A stretch of DNA of 63,980 nucleotides, filler included, from Lama guanicoe (taxonomy: Eukaryota): the NCBI GenBank assembly GCA_013239625.1. It is 81 parts of 79 records of this genome, joined end to end, with 100 filler letters (N's around TTAATTAATTAA, not from the genome) between each part and the next. Parts side by side here need not be neighbours in the genome. Positions count along the whole stretch, not along the records: positions 1 to 1,430 come from MU055302.1; positions 1,531 to 1,985 come from PNXV01012830.1; positions 2,086 to 3,364 come from MU055304.1; positions 3,465 to 3,982 come from PNXV01012835.1; positions 4,083 to 4,744 come from PNXV01012838.1; positions 4,845 to 5,538 come from PNXV01012839.1; positions 5,639 to 6,396 come from PNXV01012841.1; positions 6,497 to 7,034 come from PNXV01012845.1; 73 more parts are not named here. One strand, 5' to 3'. The notes under the pieces were generated by a model, which saw nothing but the letters and a program-made list of their open reading frames with translations, was not told the DNA's origin and ran no database searches. Shown here in pieces: positions 1 to 12,491 of this stretch (positions are counted from its first letter, which is position 1; the number at the start of each line of letters is the position of its first letter). The translations under genes and the position numbers were made by a program.

Positions 1-1430
1 CGTGGAGAGGGATCAGCGCTGGTGCGACCGGCTCCAATGTGACCACTCCTGTGCCCAGCTCCCCGAGGAGCAGAGCTCCCACCAAAGGAGCAGAGACCAC
101 CAGGAGCAGAGCTCCCCCCACGGACACTGCAGTGCCTACAAGAATCAGGAGTCTGATGAGTGAGCCTGGGGCGGGCAAGACAGGAAGCAAGCACCGCTCC
201 CTCAAGCTCTGCAGGTGATCTCTGTGTCATCTTGAATAAATACAGTCAGCATTAAAGATGTTTGACAAGAGGGTNNNNNNNNNNNNNNNNNNNNNNNNNN
301 NNNNNNNNNNNNNNNNNNNNNNNNNNNNNNNNNNNNNNNNNNNNNNNNNNNNNNNNNNNNNNNNNNNNNNNNNNNNNNNNNNNNNNNNNNNNNNNNNNNN
401 NNNNNNNNNNNNNNNNNNNNNNNNNNNNNNNNNNNNNNNNNNNNNNNNNNNNNNNNNNNNNNNNNNNNNNNNNNNNNNNNNNNNNNNNNNNNNNNNNNNN
501 NNNNNNNNNNNNNNNNNNNNNNNNNNNNNNNNNNNNNNNNNNNNNNNNNNNNNNNNNNNNNNNNNNNNNNNNNNNNNNNNNNNNNNNNNNNNNNNNNNNN
601 NNNNNNNNNNNNNNNNNNNNNNNNNNNNNNNNNNNNNNNNNNNNNNNNNNNNNNNNNNNNNNNNNNNNNNNNNNNNNNNNNNNNNNNNNNNNNNNNNNNN
701 NNNNNNNNNNNNAAAAAATGAGAGGTAACCAGATGGTGGCTAGTTTTCATCGCACCTCTCTGCCCGCCCCAATTTCACATGCCCCTCCCAACTCAATTCA
801 TCAGAACTCGACTGAAGGAGACGGCTGTGCAAATTTATTGGAAGCCAAAGAAATTGCTCCAGAAGCAGTCTCCCGATCCCAGCGAGAACACTGAAAACTG
901 ACCAGTGCCAGGATCTGAGTACTAAAACACACAGACCCAAACTCCACCCCCCTCCCTGGTGGGTGTACTTACAATGGGGGTGTCGCCACGCAATTTGTCA
1001 GCATCCAACATATAAAAATGAAAGGGACACCAGTTTTCAACATCACAGTCCCTCTGAAACAACTGGTAGTCAATTAGCGTTTATCGGCAGCAAAAGTCGA
1101 TTTTCTCCCCTGCACGTGGAGGTCAACACACAGAAAAGACTGATGATCCCCGCTGCGAGTGTAGCTAAGTGTGTCTAAGCAAACTGGCTCCATCAGCCTC
1201 CTGATGAGCAGGGAAGTGTGTGAGCCGTGGGGCTCTGCAGACTAATGGCCAGGCAAGGAGGGCGCTTCCTTACTTTGGGGAGAAAAACGCGGAAGCAACA
1301 CTCGCTGGAAATAAATTCTAATTAAAATTTCAGCTGCGGTTCCTGCAGCGTAACCCCCGCCAATAGTTGAGGCTCCCTCCATGCTGTCCAGTCATGTGAG
1401 GCAGGCTCATTTTTATAACTGTGTGTTTGG

Positions 1431-1530
1431 NNNNNNNNNNNNNNNNNNNNNNNNNNNNNNNNNNNNNNNNNNNNTTAATTAATTAANNNNNNNNNNNNNN
1501 NNNNNNNNNNNNNNNNNNNNNNNNNNNNNN
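1431..1530. other. Artificial contig-joining spacer N44-TTAATTAATTAA-N44 (first of 80 copies; last core at 63823-63834)
   Basis: Identical palindromic 12-mer with TAA in all six frames, flanked by 44 N each side, recurring every ~0.3-1.4 kb between unrelated sequences. Confidence 0.98.
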
Positions 1531-2085
1531 CTTGGAGTTTTAGGAAGCAAATCTTTAAAAGATGGACAGGACTTTCTAGTATTGCAATATTTTTATGTAT
1601 GCAAGAGCAGGACAGGGCAAAAGGACGTGTTTGGAGAGAAATGCAGTGTAAAGGGGATATTCATGAGCAGGGCTTAGGGTGTTAGCTTTGTGGAGTGTAA
1701 AGACAGAACCTGTAGAAAGGGTTATTTTTATCTTATAGGTGTATCTACTAAGGTAACGGTTTGCAATATTGCTCTGGAATCTTTCTCCCTAAATTATTCT
1801 CTCTTCCTTTCATCCAATTCAGGGAAGAGGTATGAAAAGGCAGAAAGTAGAAAGAGCTTGCTCATCTTTGGGGCTTTTTATTTGTTGTCTTATCTGTTTG
1901 ATTTTCAAAAGCCCCATGGAGGAAAGAGCAGCGGCTTATTGGACAAAATACTTGGCCCAAAGCAGCAGGCAGAGCGGGACTCGGCNNNNNNNNNNNNNNN
2001 NNNNNNNNNNNNNNNNNNNNNNNNNNNNNTTAATTAATTAANNNNNNNNNNNNNNNNNNNNNNNNNNNNNNNNNNNNNNNNNNNN

Positions 2086-3364
2086 TTTAAAATTCTATTT
2101 CTCTCTCTCATTTTTAAGTTTTATTCCAGCATAGACCTTAGATACATAAAGAAATAAACCCCTTTAAAGGCCACAATAGATAACTGATACTCCTTAAGCC
2201 ACAGTGCCAGAGAGATATGAGCAGTTGAAGAAGCAGAGGAAGTATTCCCAATTAAAAGAGAAAGAGAAATCCCCTGAAAGAACGATCAATGAAATAGATA
2301 TTAATGGCCTATTAGTTCAAGATTTCTAAAAAAAGTGATTGAATTACTGAAGGAATTAAAAGAGATAGTGTTTAGAGACATAAAATATGTCAAAAACAAA
2401 ACAGTAGCTATAAAGAAGAGCCAAGTAGAATTGGTAAATTCATTGGCTGAAATGAGATCTGACCTAAANNNNNNNNNNNNNNNNNNNNNNNNNNNNNNNN
2501 NNNNNNNNNNNNNNNNNNNNNNNNNNNNNNNNNNNNNNNNNNNNNNNNNNNNNNNNNNNNNNNNNNNNNNNNNNNNNNNNNNNNNNNNNNNNNNNNNNNN
2601 NNNNNNNNNNNNNNNNNNNNNNNNNNNNNNNNNNNNNNNNNNNNNNNNNNNNNNNNNNNNNNNNNNNNNNNNNNNNNNNNNNNNNNNNNNNNNNNNNNNN
2701 NNNNNNNNNNNNNNNNNNNNNNNNNNNNNNNNNNNNNNNNNNNNNNNNNNNNNNNNNNNNNNNNNNNNNNNNNNNNNNNNNNNNNNNNNNNNNNNNNNNN
2801 NNNNNNNNNNNNNNNNNNNNNNNNNNNNNNNNNNNNNNNNNNNNNNNNNNNNNNNNNNNNNNNNNNNNNNNNNNNNNNNNNNNNNNNNNNNNNNNNNNNN
2901 NNNNNNNNNNNNNNNNNNNNNNNNNNNNNNNNNNNNNNNNNNNNNNNNNNNNNNNNNNNNNNNNNNNNNNNNNNNNNNNNNNNNNNNNNNNNNNNNNNNN
3001 NNNNNNNNNNNNNNNNNNNNNNNNNNNNNNNNNNNNNNNNNNNNNNNNNNNNNNNNNNNNNNNNNNNNNNNNNNNNNNNNNNNNNNNNNNNNNNNNNNNN
3101 NNNNNNNNNNNNNNAGCAGGATGATACAGAAATGAGAGCTTATAACTGGAAAGGTGATAACTACCATGAATTACAAATAGAATAAACATGAAATTGTAAA
3201 AGAAGACATCTAAATCATTGAGTGGGAGAGGGAAGCAAGAAAATATAGAGTATTTTTTCTTTCCTCTTTTTTCTTAACTTTTTGTTCTCGGTAGGATAGG
3301 TTTGAGATTACATTGCTATCTGTTTAGTACACACAGTTACAGTAATTGGTTAACAGACTTACAA
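2086..3364 (+). mobile_element. LINE-1 fragment: end of 5' UTR, degraded ORF1 start, gap, inter-ORF region
   Basis: ORF1-like coiled-coil peptide IELLKELKEIVFRDIKYVKNKTVAIKKSQVELVNSLAEMRSDL; homologous to 12119-12491. Confidence 0.85.
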
Positions 3365-4082
3365 NNNNNNNNNNNNNNNNNNNNNNNNNNNNNNNNNNNN
3401 NNNNNNNNTTAATTAATTAANNNNNNNNNNNNNNNNNNNNNNNNNNNNNNNNNNNNNNNNNNNNCCTGTCATTATACAATCTCACCAGAACTCATTAATT
3501 TGCTGTCTGCTCACTTGGCAACTAAACTCAGAGAAGAGTCAACTCAGCAGAGCATCCTGCTGGGGAGAACCCCCCTGCAGCAGCACAGCGTGCTGCCTGC
3601 CCTCCCGCATGCTCTGCTGACCCCTAGTGTCCTCCGTGGAGACCAGGTCAACAGAGCTGTTCCCAACAGCTGCAAATTGCCACATATTAAATAAAAGCAT
3701 TTTATTTTATACGATATGTTACGTATATACCCATCTCTGAAAACAGCTTTGCCAGAAGCCCAAATCTTCAGCATCAATCTGCGAAGGGAAATCTGGACCC
3801 CAAGGTAAAACAAGTCTAAAGACGATGCTAAGGCCTCCAAAGTCCCCTCCAGGACCATCAACCAAACTGCCTGAAGGTCTGCAACTGCAGGCGGTTACAT
3901 GTCTGATTTTAAAGCAACCAACTTCCTATCCTTGGGGGCTACAATGTCCCTCTACGCCCTCCCATCTCAGGGTAAGAGCAACNNNNNNNNNNNNNNNNNN
4001 NNNNNNNNNNNNNNNNNNNNNNNNNNTTAATTAATTAANNNNNNNNNNNNNNNNNNNNNNNNNNNNNNNNNNNNNNNNNNNN

Positions 4083-4450
4083 ATGTGGGCCCAGTGTAAT
4101 CACCAGGGTCATTAAAGGAGGACGAAGGAGGTAGAAGAGGAGAGAGAGGAGGGGACATGTGACCACAGGATCAGAGTCAGAGACACATAACCATGCTGAC
4201 CTTTAGAGAGAGAAAAGAGATCACAGGCCAAGAGATGCTGGTGGCCTCTGGGAGCCAGAAAAGTCAAAGTTACAGGTTCCCCTGAGGCCTTCAGAAACAG
4301 CCGTGCCAACACTTTGACTTCAGCAGGCTTCTGCGTTCAGGAACACTTCAAGGTTAAATTTGTGTTGTTTAGTGGAGACTTTTTCCTTTTTCTTCCTACT
4401 ACCATGACATTTGGGGATACTTGTTACAATAGCAATAGAAAGCGAATACA
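4083..4450 (+). mobile_element. MaLR LTR (MLT1-like)
   Basis: MLT1 motifs gggcccagtgtaatcaccagggtc, gccaacactttgacttcagc, aaatttgtgttgttt and terminus ttgttacaatagcaatagaaagcgaataca. Confidence 0.8.
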
Positions 4451-4844
4451 GTAAGCTCCTTGAAATGTTCAGAAATTGCAGATAACACTGGACTGTCCAC
4501 TTTGATGTGGGACTGGGCTTATGTGAAAATCAATAGGACAGTGTGACCTTTGCTAACATCTGTTTTTCTCATTTTTAGGAAGAGAACAGTAAGTCAAAAA
4601 CTCTGTAGTTATTATTTTAGACAAGTGTCTCCTAAAACATTTTGTAACCCTGTGCCTTAGGAATACAAGAGAGTCTCTGTTCTTAGAAGAACATAGATTC
4701 AGAGAGATAGGGTCTTACATCTGAGTCCTACAGTGGTCTCTTATNNNNNNNNNNNNNNNNNNNNNNNNNNNNNNNNNNNNNNNNNNNNTTAATTAATTAA
4801 NNNNNNNNNNNNNNNNNNNNNNNNNNNNNNNNNNNNNNNNNNNN

Positions 4845-5538
4845 TGTTGATTCAATGATAGTGTAAAGAAATGCAATTGGTATTTGTACCTTAATCTGGG
4901 TACATTACCCAGTTCCTTTTTTAGCCTAAGTAATTTTTTGTGAAGTTTTTATATGTTTCTATATATAGTGTCATGTGTGCATATTGTGAAAATTTACCTC
5001 TTTTTTTCCAGTCTGAACATTTAATTTCTTTTTCTTGCCTGATCGTTGTGACTAGAAATTCCAAGACAATATTGAATTGAAATTGTGAGAATGGGCAACT
5101 TTGTCTTGTCTAAGGATTTTCTGGGAAGATTTCAGTTTTTCACAATTGAATATTTTGCTGGCTATATATTTGTCATAATTAGCTTTTATTATGTTGAGAT
5201 ATGGTCCCTCTATTCCCACTGTGATAAGAACTTTTATTGCAAATAGGTGTTAAATTTAATCAAATGCTTTCTCTGCATCTCCTGAGATGATCATGTGGTT
5301 TTTTCTCCTCACTGTTGTTGATACGGTGTATCACAATTGATTGATTGATTTACAAATGATAAACCATCCTTTTGTTCCTGGGATCAACCTAACATGACTA
5401 TGCTGTAAAATCTTTTTTTCATGCTGTTGGATTCTGTTTGAAATAATTTCTTAAGGACATTTACATAAATGTATATCAATGATATTTGTCTATAGATTTC
5501 TCTTGGGGTAGTGTCTTTGTCTGGTTTCGGTATCAGAT
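4845..5538 (-). mobile_element. LINE-1 ORF2 (RT region) fragment, degraded
   Basis: Antisense L1 motifs e.g. tcaaatgctttctctgcatctcctgagatgatcatgtgg, gtgtctttgtctggtttcggtatcag. Confidence 0.85.
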
Positions 5539-6119
5539 NNNNNNNNNNNNNNNNNNNNNNNNNNNNNNNNNNNNNNNNNNNNTTAATTAATTAANNNNNN
5601 NNNNNNNNNNNNNNNNNNNNNNNNNNNNNNNNNNNNNNCCATGCTGTTTCCTCAGTCTCTCATTCGGGGTTACAGAACAGTCGAGCCACGAAGGAAGCCC
5701 ATTCACGTGAAGTCAACAGAGTATTTCATCACTTTCATTTTATTTTTAAATTTTCAGTGGAGAAATAATTTGTAGCAAACTTTTCCAGATATTCGGCCGC
5801 CTGCTTTCCTCACCACCTTTTCCTTGTTGCCTCTGGTGCTTGTTTTAAGAACCAGGTTTCTTCTCTGGTCATTTCTAGCAGCTGGGCTTGCTAAATCCTT
5901 GATCTGCATTTGAAGCAGAAGGCTTCTTGGTGATGTCAAACTGATTTTCCTATTTCTGAATATTTCGTGAACACTCAGCAACAGTTTCAAGTGAATTTCT
6001 CTTGTCCAATTTCGGTTAACTCACATTTGCTGATCTCCTGCTTTCATGCTGAGGGCAGTTTCTTCTTCCTGTGTTAAAAGTTAGCAATTTGAATTTACTA
6101 TTTTAAGGTACTGGCCCTA

Positions 6120-6396
6120 GGTTCTTTCTCCTTAACAGTTTAAATACAATTCACCCATTAACATGTGCAGCACTTTTTATTCTATGCCCAGAATTATGCA
6201 TCTAAGTCAATCTCAGAACATTTTCATCCCCCAACAGGAAGCCCCACATGCACAAGCAGTCATTCCCATCTTCCCCATCCGCCCCCAGCCCCAGGGAGCC
6301 ACTCTTCCCTCTCTGTGGATTTACCTGTGCTGAAAATTTAATGTAAGTCGAGTCACTTCATGTAAGTGGAACCGTCTATTGTGACTGACTTCTTTC
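6120..6396 (-). mobile_element. Old L1M 3' UTR fragment
   Basis: atacaattcacccatta, agaacattttcatcccccaa, ctctgtggatttacctgtgctgaaaatttaatgtaag resemble antisense L1M 3' ends. Confidence 0.65.
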
Positions 6397-7134
6397 NNNN
6401 NNNNNNNNNNNNNNNNNNNNNNNNNNNNNNNNNNNNNNNNTTAATTAATTAANNNNNNNNNNNNNNNNNNNNNNNNNNNNNNNNNNNNNNNNNNNNGAAG
6501 TAGACTATAAATTAATATAGACTGTCTTTAAAATATTGAAATATTAACCAAAATATACAACAGGAATTGTAAATTCAAATGTTCACAGAGGCAACATAGG
6601 TGGCCCGATTAAGTGAAGGTCCCAGCTGAGCACAGCACACCGGAGAACACACGCCCCACTGAGAAGGGGCCACCTCTGCAGGGCAGACGGCACAGGAGCC
6701 TGGGCTCACGGGGGACCAGATATGATTCTTTAGGAGAAGTTCTGGAGTGCAGATAGCACAAGTCTCCTAAATTTGAAATGTTGACTCAATGTGTGGAGAC
6801 AAACTGAACATATCCAGGGCCATGTTTAGTCTACAGCCCACTTGTGTTTTTATGTTTGCTGTGTTTCCAAACAGTTGGGTATAAATCAAGTATTTGTATG
6901 CAAAACCTTGCCTTTGTTTAGAATCATACGTCTTACAAAAACACTGGGCCCCAACATGTAATAAAAATTGTGATTAAGACGCATGATACCCACTTCAAGA
7001 ATTTTTTCAATGCCTACTAAAACTACAATCTATCNNNNNNNNNNNNNNNNNNNNNNNNNNNNNNNNNNNNNNNNNNNNTTAATTAATTAANNNNNNNNNN
7101 NNNNNNNNNNNNNNNNNNNNNNNNNNNNNNNNNN

Positions 7135-7859
7135 TGCTGCACAGAAGCTTTAGAAGTCGGAGTCCCACTTGTCTATTTTTGCTCTTGTTGTCTGTGCTCT
7201 TGGTGTCATATCCAAGAAATTATTGCCGGGACTACAGTTATGAAGCTTTTCACCTATGTTTTTTCTTCTAGGGATTTTACAATTTTGGTTCTTTCTTCTA
7301 AGCCTTTAATCCACTTTGAGTTGGCTTTTGTGTATAGTGAAAGATGAGTCTAATCTTATTCTTTTGTAAGTGCATTTCTAGTTTCCCCAACACCATTTGT
7401 TGAAGAGACTATCAAAGATCCCATCATTTAGATGTGGGTTTATTCTGTGGTCTTTATTCAGTCCCACTGGTCTACAGGTCTATCTTATGTCAGTACCATA
7501 CTCTTGATTACTGTAGGTGTGTAATATGAAGAAGAGAAGTNNNNNNNNNNNNNNNNNNNNNNNNNNNNNNNNNNNNNNNNNNNNTTAATTAATTAANNNN
7601 NNNNNNNNNNNNNNNNNNNNNNNNNNNNNNNNNNNNNNNNTGAAGCTTTTACCTATGTTTTTTCTTCTAGGGATTTTACAATTTTGGTTCTTTCTTCTAA
7701 GCCTTTAATCCACTTTGAGTTGGCTTTTGTGTATAGTGAAAGATGAGTCTAATCTTATTCTTTTGTAAGTGCATTTCTAGTTTCCCCAACACCATTTGTT
7801 GAAGAGACTATCCTTTCCCCACTGTGTAGTCCTGGCCCCCTTTTTGAAGATCCCATTTT
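7135..7859 (-). mobile_element. LINE-1 ORF2 3' fragment, present in two adjacent near-duplicate contigs (7135-7540, 7641-7859)
   Basis: ggtgtcatatccaagaaattattgcc and tttccccaacaccatttgttgaagagact; 7641-7812 nearly identical to 7241-7413. Confidence 0.85.
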
Positions 7860-7959
7860 NNNNNNNNNNNNNNNNNNNNNNNNNNNNNNNNNNNNNNNNN
7901 NNNTTAATTAATTAANNNNNNNNNNNNNNNNNNNNNNNNNNNNNNNNNNNNNNNNNNNN

Positions 7960-8935
7960 AAATTCTGGGTTCTATATTCTCTATTCTCTATTCTATATTC
8001 TGTTTTCTGCATTCAATTTTCTAAATTCTATATTCAGTGTTCTATATTCTATATTCTAAATTTTGTGTTCTAAATTCTATATTCTATATTCTATATTCAG
8101 TATTCTGTTTTCTATATTCTAAATTCTGTGTTCTTCATTCCATTTTCTAATTCTATATTCNNNNNNNNNNNNNNNNNNNNNNNNNNNNNNNNNNNNNNNN
8201 NNNNNNNNNNNNNNNNNNNNNNNNNNNNNNNNNNNNNNNNNNNNNNNNNNNNNNNNNNNNNNNNNNNNNNNNNNNNNNNNNNNNNNNNNNNNNNNNNNNN
8301 NNNNNNNNNNNNNNNNNNNNNNNNNNNNNNNNNNNNNNNNNNNNNNNNNNNNNNNNNNNNNNNNNNNNNNNNNNNNNNNNNNNNNNNNNNNNNNNNNNNN
8401 NNNNNNNNNNNNNNNNNNNNNNNNNNNNNNNNNNNNNNNNNNNNNNNNNNNNNNNNNNNNNNNNNNNNNNNNNNNNNNNNNNNNNCTATATTCTAAATTC
8501 TCTGTTCTGCATTCGATATTCAAAATTTTGTCTTCAATATTTTCTATACTACAATCTATATTCTGTGATCTTCATTCAATATTATAAATTCTATTTTCTG
8601 CATTCCGTTCAGTATTCTGTATTCTATATTCTAAATTCTGTGTTCTTCATTCCATGTTCTAAATCTATATTCAGTATTCTGTATTCTATATTTTAAAATC
8701 TGTGTTCTGCATTCAAAGTTCTAAATTCTATATTCAGTATTCTCTATTCTATGTTCTAAATTTTGTGTTCTGCATTCCATGTTCTAAATACTGTGTTCTG
8801 TATTCTGTTTTCCATATGCTATATTTTGTGTTCTACATTTTATATTCTGTATGCTATATTATGCATTCCTTATTCTATATTCTATGTTCTGTATTCTATA
8901 TTCTAAATTCTCTGTTCTGAATTCCATGTTCTAAA
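7960..8935 (+). repeat. Heptamer-based AT-rich satellite (TTCTATA-type)
   Basis: Continuous 7-nt periodicity TTCTATA/TTCTAAA/TTCTGTG/TTCTGCA/TTCCATG/TTCAGTA. Confidence 0.95.
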
Positions 8936-9119
8936 NNNNNNNNNNNNNNNNNNNNNNNNNNNNNNNNNNNNNNNNNNNNTTAATTAATTAANNNNNNNNN
9001 NNNNNNNNNNNNNNNNNNNNNNNNNNNNNNNNNNNAACTTTTGGCTACTCTGAATGATACTGCTATGAATATTGATGTGAAAGTCTTTGTGAGAATAGGT
9101 TTTCATTCTGTTGGCTGTA

Positions 9120-9239
9120 CAGTTGGCCCACCATATCTGTAGTTTCCTCTTCATGGATCCAGATGGCTGATTGTAAAGGGACTTGAACATCCTTGGATTA
9201 TGGTATCCAGAAAAAAAAAAGGATACTGAGGGATGACTT
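9120..9239. mobile_element. Internally deleted TcMar-Tigger MITE (MER2-like) inserted in L1
   Basis: Imperfect inverted termini cagttggcccaccatatc / ggatactgagggatgact, TA on both sides, internal agggacttgaacatccttggattatggtatcc; L1 sequence resumes on both flanks. Confidence 0.65.
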
Positions 9240-9678
9240 TATAAGTAGGAGTGGAATTGCTGAGTCATATAACTCTAAGCTTTTGAGGAAATACCAGACT
9301 TCTCCAAAGAAGCTGCACCATTGTCCCTTTCCACTGGCTACATATGAGGTTTCTCTGCCTCCTGAATGACCCTTGTTATTGTCCATGTTTTGGTTATAAC
9401 CATACTAGTGTGTGTAAAATGAGATCTCATTTTAATTTTGAATTGGCTAGTGATGCTGAGCATCTTTTCATATGCTTATTGGCCATTTGTATATCTACTT
9501 AAATTCGTGGTAAATTTAAAATTTGGGTCTATTTTCTTCTATTGTTTAGTTGTAAGCATTTGTTATATATCCTGGATACTTCTCTCTATTTAGATACATG
9601 CTTTGCAAAATTTTTCTTCTATTCTGCACGTTGTCCTTTCACTATAGTTTTTTTAAACATTAAAACAATTTCTTTACA

Positions 9679-9758
9679 GGGGAGGTAATTAGATGTATTG
9701 ATTTACTCTATCTTTCTTGCTAAGCACGCACTCTATCACTTGCGATACCCATTTCCCC
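9679..9758 (-). mobile_element. Camelid Vic-1-like SINE, internally deleted
   Basis: Reverse complement reads gggtatcgcaagtgatagagtgcgtgcttagca ... ctaattacctcccc; the B-box segment is missing. Confidence 0.6.
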
Positions 9759-11529
9759 TGTCATTTCAGTTTCTTGATGATGTCTTTTATAGGAAAAATG
9801 TTTTAATTTTGATGAAGTCCAGTTTATCTGCTTTTTTCTTCTATCAGTTGTGCTCTTCGTACTGTATCTAGGAAACGAAATCCTGTCATAAGACCACAAA
9901 GATTTATAATTTGTCTTCCATTAGAAAGATNNNNNNNNNNNNNNNNNNNNNNNNNNNNNNNNNNNNNNNNNNNNTTAATTAATTAANNNNNNNNNNNNNN
10001 NNNNNNNNNNNNNNNNNNNNNNNNNNNNNNAGGCCCCTCAGAGGGAAATGCTCAGTTTGAAATGGCCTTGACCCCTGCACAGTGAGGACAGGACAAGCGG
10101 CTGTCACTTAGAGTGGTGTTGGGGGAGGCACTGGACTGTGATGAAGCTTTCTGCTGGGGTTCTCCAGGACATCAGAGAGGGTCTGTTCCTGGGCTGGGGC
10201 CCTGGATTGGGGGCTGGCGGCTACATTAGGTCCCACATTGAGTGCAGGGGAGCGTGTGCTGCAGCTGGGGCTGAGGCTCAGGTGAGATTTCAGGTCCCAC
10301 TAGCCACCCTGCCGTCAGGCTGAGCGGGCACCCTCCCAGGTGTGTGATTGGCCTTGGTATCTTGGTCCCCAGTCTCTGTCCCCAAACGTTGATGAGGAAA
10401 CCAGGGCAGGTGTCTGCCCACCACCAAGACTGCCCCTAGAATGGTCCAGAGGCAAGGCAAAAGAACAGGATTCCCAGTGATAGGGGCCAAGTGCAAGTTT
10501 GCCCAGTACTGCTTGGTGGGGCAGCATCATGAGTTAGCAAGTTGCATCCTCAGAGGAATGAACATTTGGCACTGAAGAGCCCCCACAGGGCCGCCTCTGG
10601 TGACCCAGCATCCCCAACCGGCCTTTCCCCACCTGGGGTCACCTCCTGCCTCATCTCTGGGTAAACCAGCAGGTCCAGCTCTTAACCCTTGTGCTGAGTG
10701 TGTGAAGCCTCACTGCCACCTTGCAGATGGGGACACTGAGGCTGGGAGGTNNNNNNNNNNNNNNNNNNNNNNNNNNNNNNNNNNNNNNNNNNNNTTAATT
10801 AATTAANNNNNNNNNNNNNNNNNNNNNNNNNNNNNNNNNNNNNNNNNNNNGAAGGGAGACGGAGCTGCCCGGAGCAACGCGGAAGGTTGGTCTTATTTAT
10901 GTCACGGTTGACTGTGGTAACAGGTCCACCTGGGTGGAAGGAGTGGAAGGAAAGGGTGGAAGCTGTGGCCCCCGAAAAGGCTGTGACACTTGGCATGTCC
11001 ATGGCACCACAGAGCCACCAGGCTCTTCCCTGGACCTGCAGTCTCCTCCTAGCTGAGCACAGGAGGTCGGGGACCCCTCTGAGGCCATCTCTGTTGGAGA
11101 ATCCCTCGGGGACCAAACACACATTCGATCTTTCTGGCCAGAGGCATCTGGTTTAAAGCGGATATTCTGGGTTGGCCCTTCATTTGTAAAGGCCCCATCT
11201 ATGAGAATTTGCCTCTTTAGGGAAGACATTGGGAACATACCGGGACCCCCCCCACCCCCCAGCTTTCAGACTGTGTCCTTGCAATGGGCCTGTCAGCACT
11301 CAGGCCCAGGATTTACCACAGGAAAAGGGCTGCATCAGACTGGATGCTCTGAAAGGAAACAGGGATTCTGTGAAATGTGGAAGAGAAAAACCTTGGGCAT
11401 TAAGGTGAAAAGATGCCGCTAAGGTTGTTGGGCCCTGGATGTGGGGGTGCTGTGTCTTTAGGTTTAAAGCCTCCTGTGGTTTTCAGTGAACAAGTATCTG
11501 GGCAGCAGAAAACACAAAGCCCCATTTTT

Positions 11530-12018
11530 CAGTATGGAGATTCCTCAAAAGACTAAAAATAGACTTANNNNNNNNNNNNNNNNNNNNNNNNNNNNNNNNN
11601 NNNNNNNNNNNNNNNNNNNNNNNNNNNNNNNNNNNNNNNNNNNNNNNNNNNNNNNNNNNNNNNNNNNNNNNNNNNNNNNNNNNNNNNNNNNNNNNNNNNN
11701 NNNNNNNNNNNNNNNNNNNNNNNNNNNNNNNNNNNNNNNNNNNNNNNNNNNNNNNNNNNNAGAATACTACCAGCCATAAAAAATGATAAAATAACGCCAT
11801 TTGCAGCAACATGGATGGACCTGGAGATTGTCATTCTAAGTGAAGTAAGACAGAAAGAGAAAGAACAGTATCATATGATATCACTCACATGTGTAATCTA
11901 AAAAGAAAAACAGAAACAGACTCAGACATAGAATACAGACTTGTGGTTGCCGGGGGGAGGGGAGTGGAAAGGGATAAACTGGGAGTTTGAGATTTGTAGA
12001 TACTGACAGGTATATATA
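11530..12018 (+). mobile_element. 5'-truncated LINE-1 (ORF2 end and 3' UTR)
   Basis: cagtatggagattcctcaaaagactaaaaatagac; ccatttgcagcaacatggatggacctggagattgtcattctaagtgaagtaag. Confidence 0.9.
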
Positions 12019-12118
12019 NNNNNNNNNNNNNNNNNNNNNNNNNNNNNNNNNNNNNNNNNNNNTTAATTAATTAANNNNNNNNNNNNNNNNNNNNNNNNNN
12101 NNNNNNNNNNNNNNNNNN

Positions 12119-12491
12119 CAATAGATAACTGATACTCCAAAAAACACAGTGCCAGAGAGGTAGGAGCTAGATGAAGGAACATAGAAACCATTCCCAATCA
12201 ACAGCACAAGAAAAATCCCCTGAAAGAATGATCAATAAGATAGACCTTGAGGGCCTAATAGATCAAGAATTCAAAAATGGTGTGATAAAATTACTGAAAG
12301 AAATAAAAGAGATAATGTTTAGAAATATAAAATATGTTAAAAATGAAATGTAAGCTGTAAGGAAGAGCCAAGTAGAATAGGTAAACTCATTCACTGAGAT
12401 GAGGAATGATCTAAAGATGTCACAAAGCTGACTAGATAACAGAGAGGAACGAATTAGTGACTTAGATGACAGGACAATAGAAAGCACCCAA
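12119..12491 (+). mobile_element. LINE-1 ORF1 N-terminal fragment with premature stops
   Basis: MKEHRNHSQSTAQEKSPERMINKIDLEGLIDQEFKNGVIKLLKEIKE followed by in-frame stops; paralogous to 2170-2468. Confidence 0.85.

Larger units (their letters stand above)
9036..9930 (-). mobile_element. Old LINE-1 ORF2 3' fragment with nested insertions
   Basis: taggagtggaattgctgagtcatat, gagcatcttttcatatgcttattggccatttgtatatct, ttttaattttgatgaagtccagtttatct. Confidence 0.85.

Noticed and set aside
1912..1985. Possible coding exon after a T-rich acceptor-like tract
   Set aside because: All three frames are open over only ~74 nt, the contig ends before any donor, and no protein is recognised
202..3189. Long ORFs made mostly of X (also 29333-30025, 34513-35121, 38282-38854, 43287-43792)
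   Set aside because: Open only because N runs contain no stop codons
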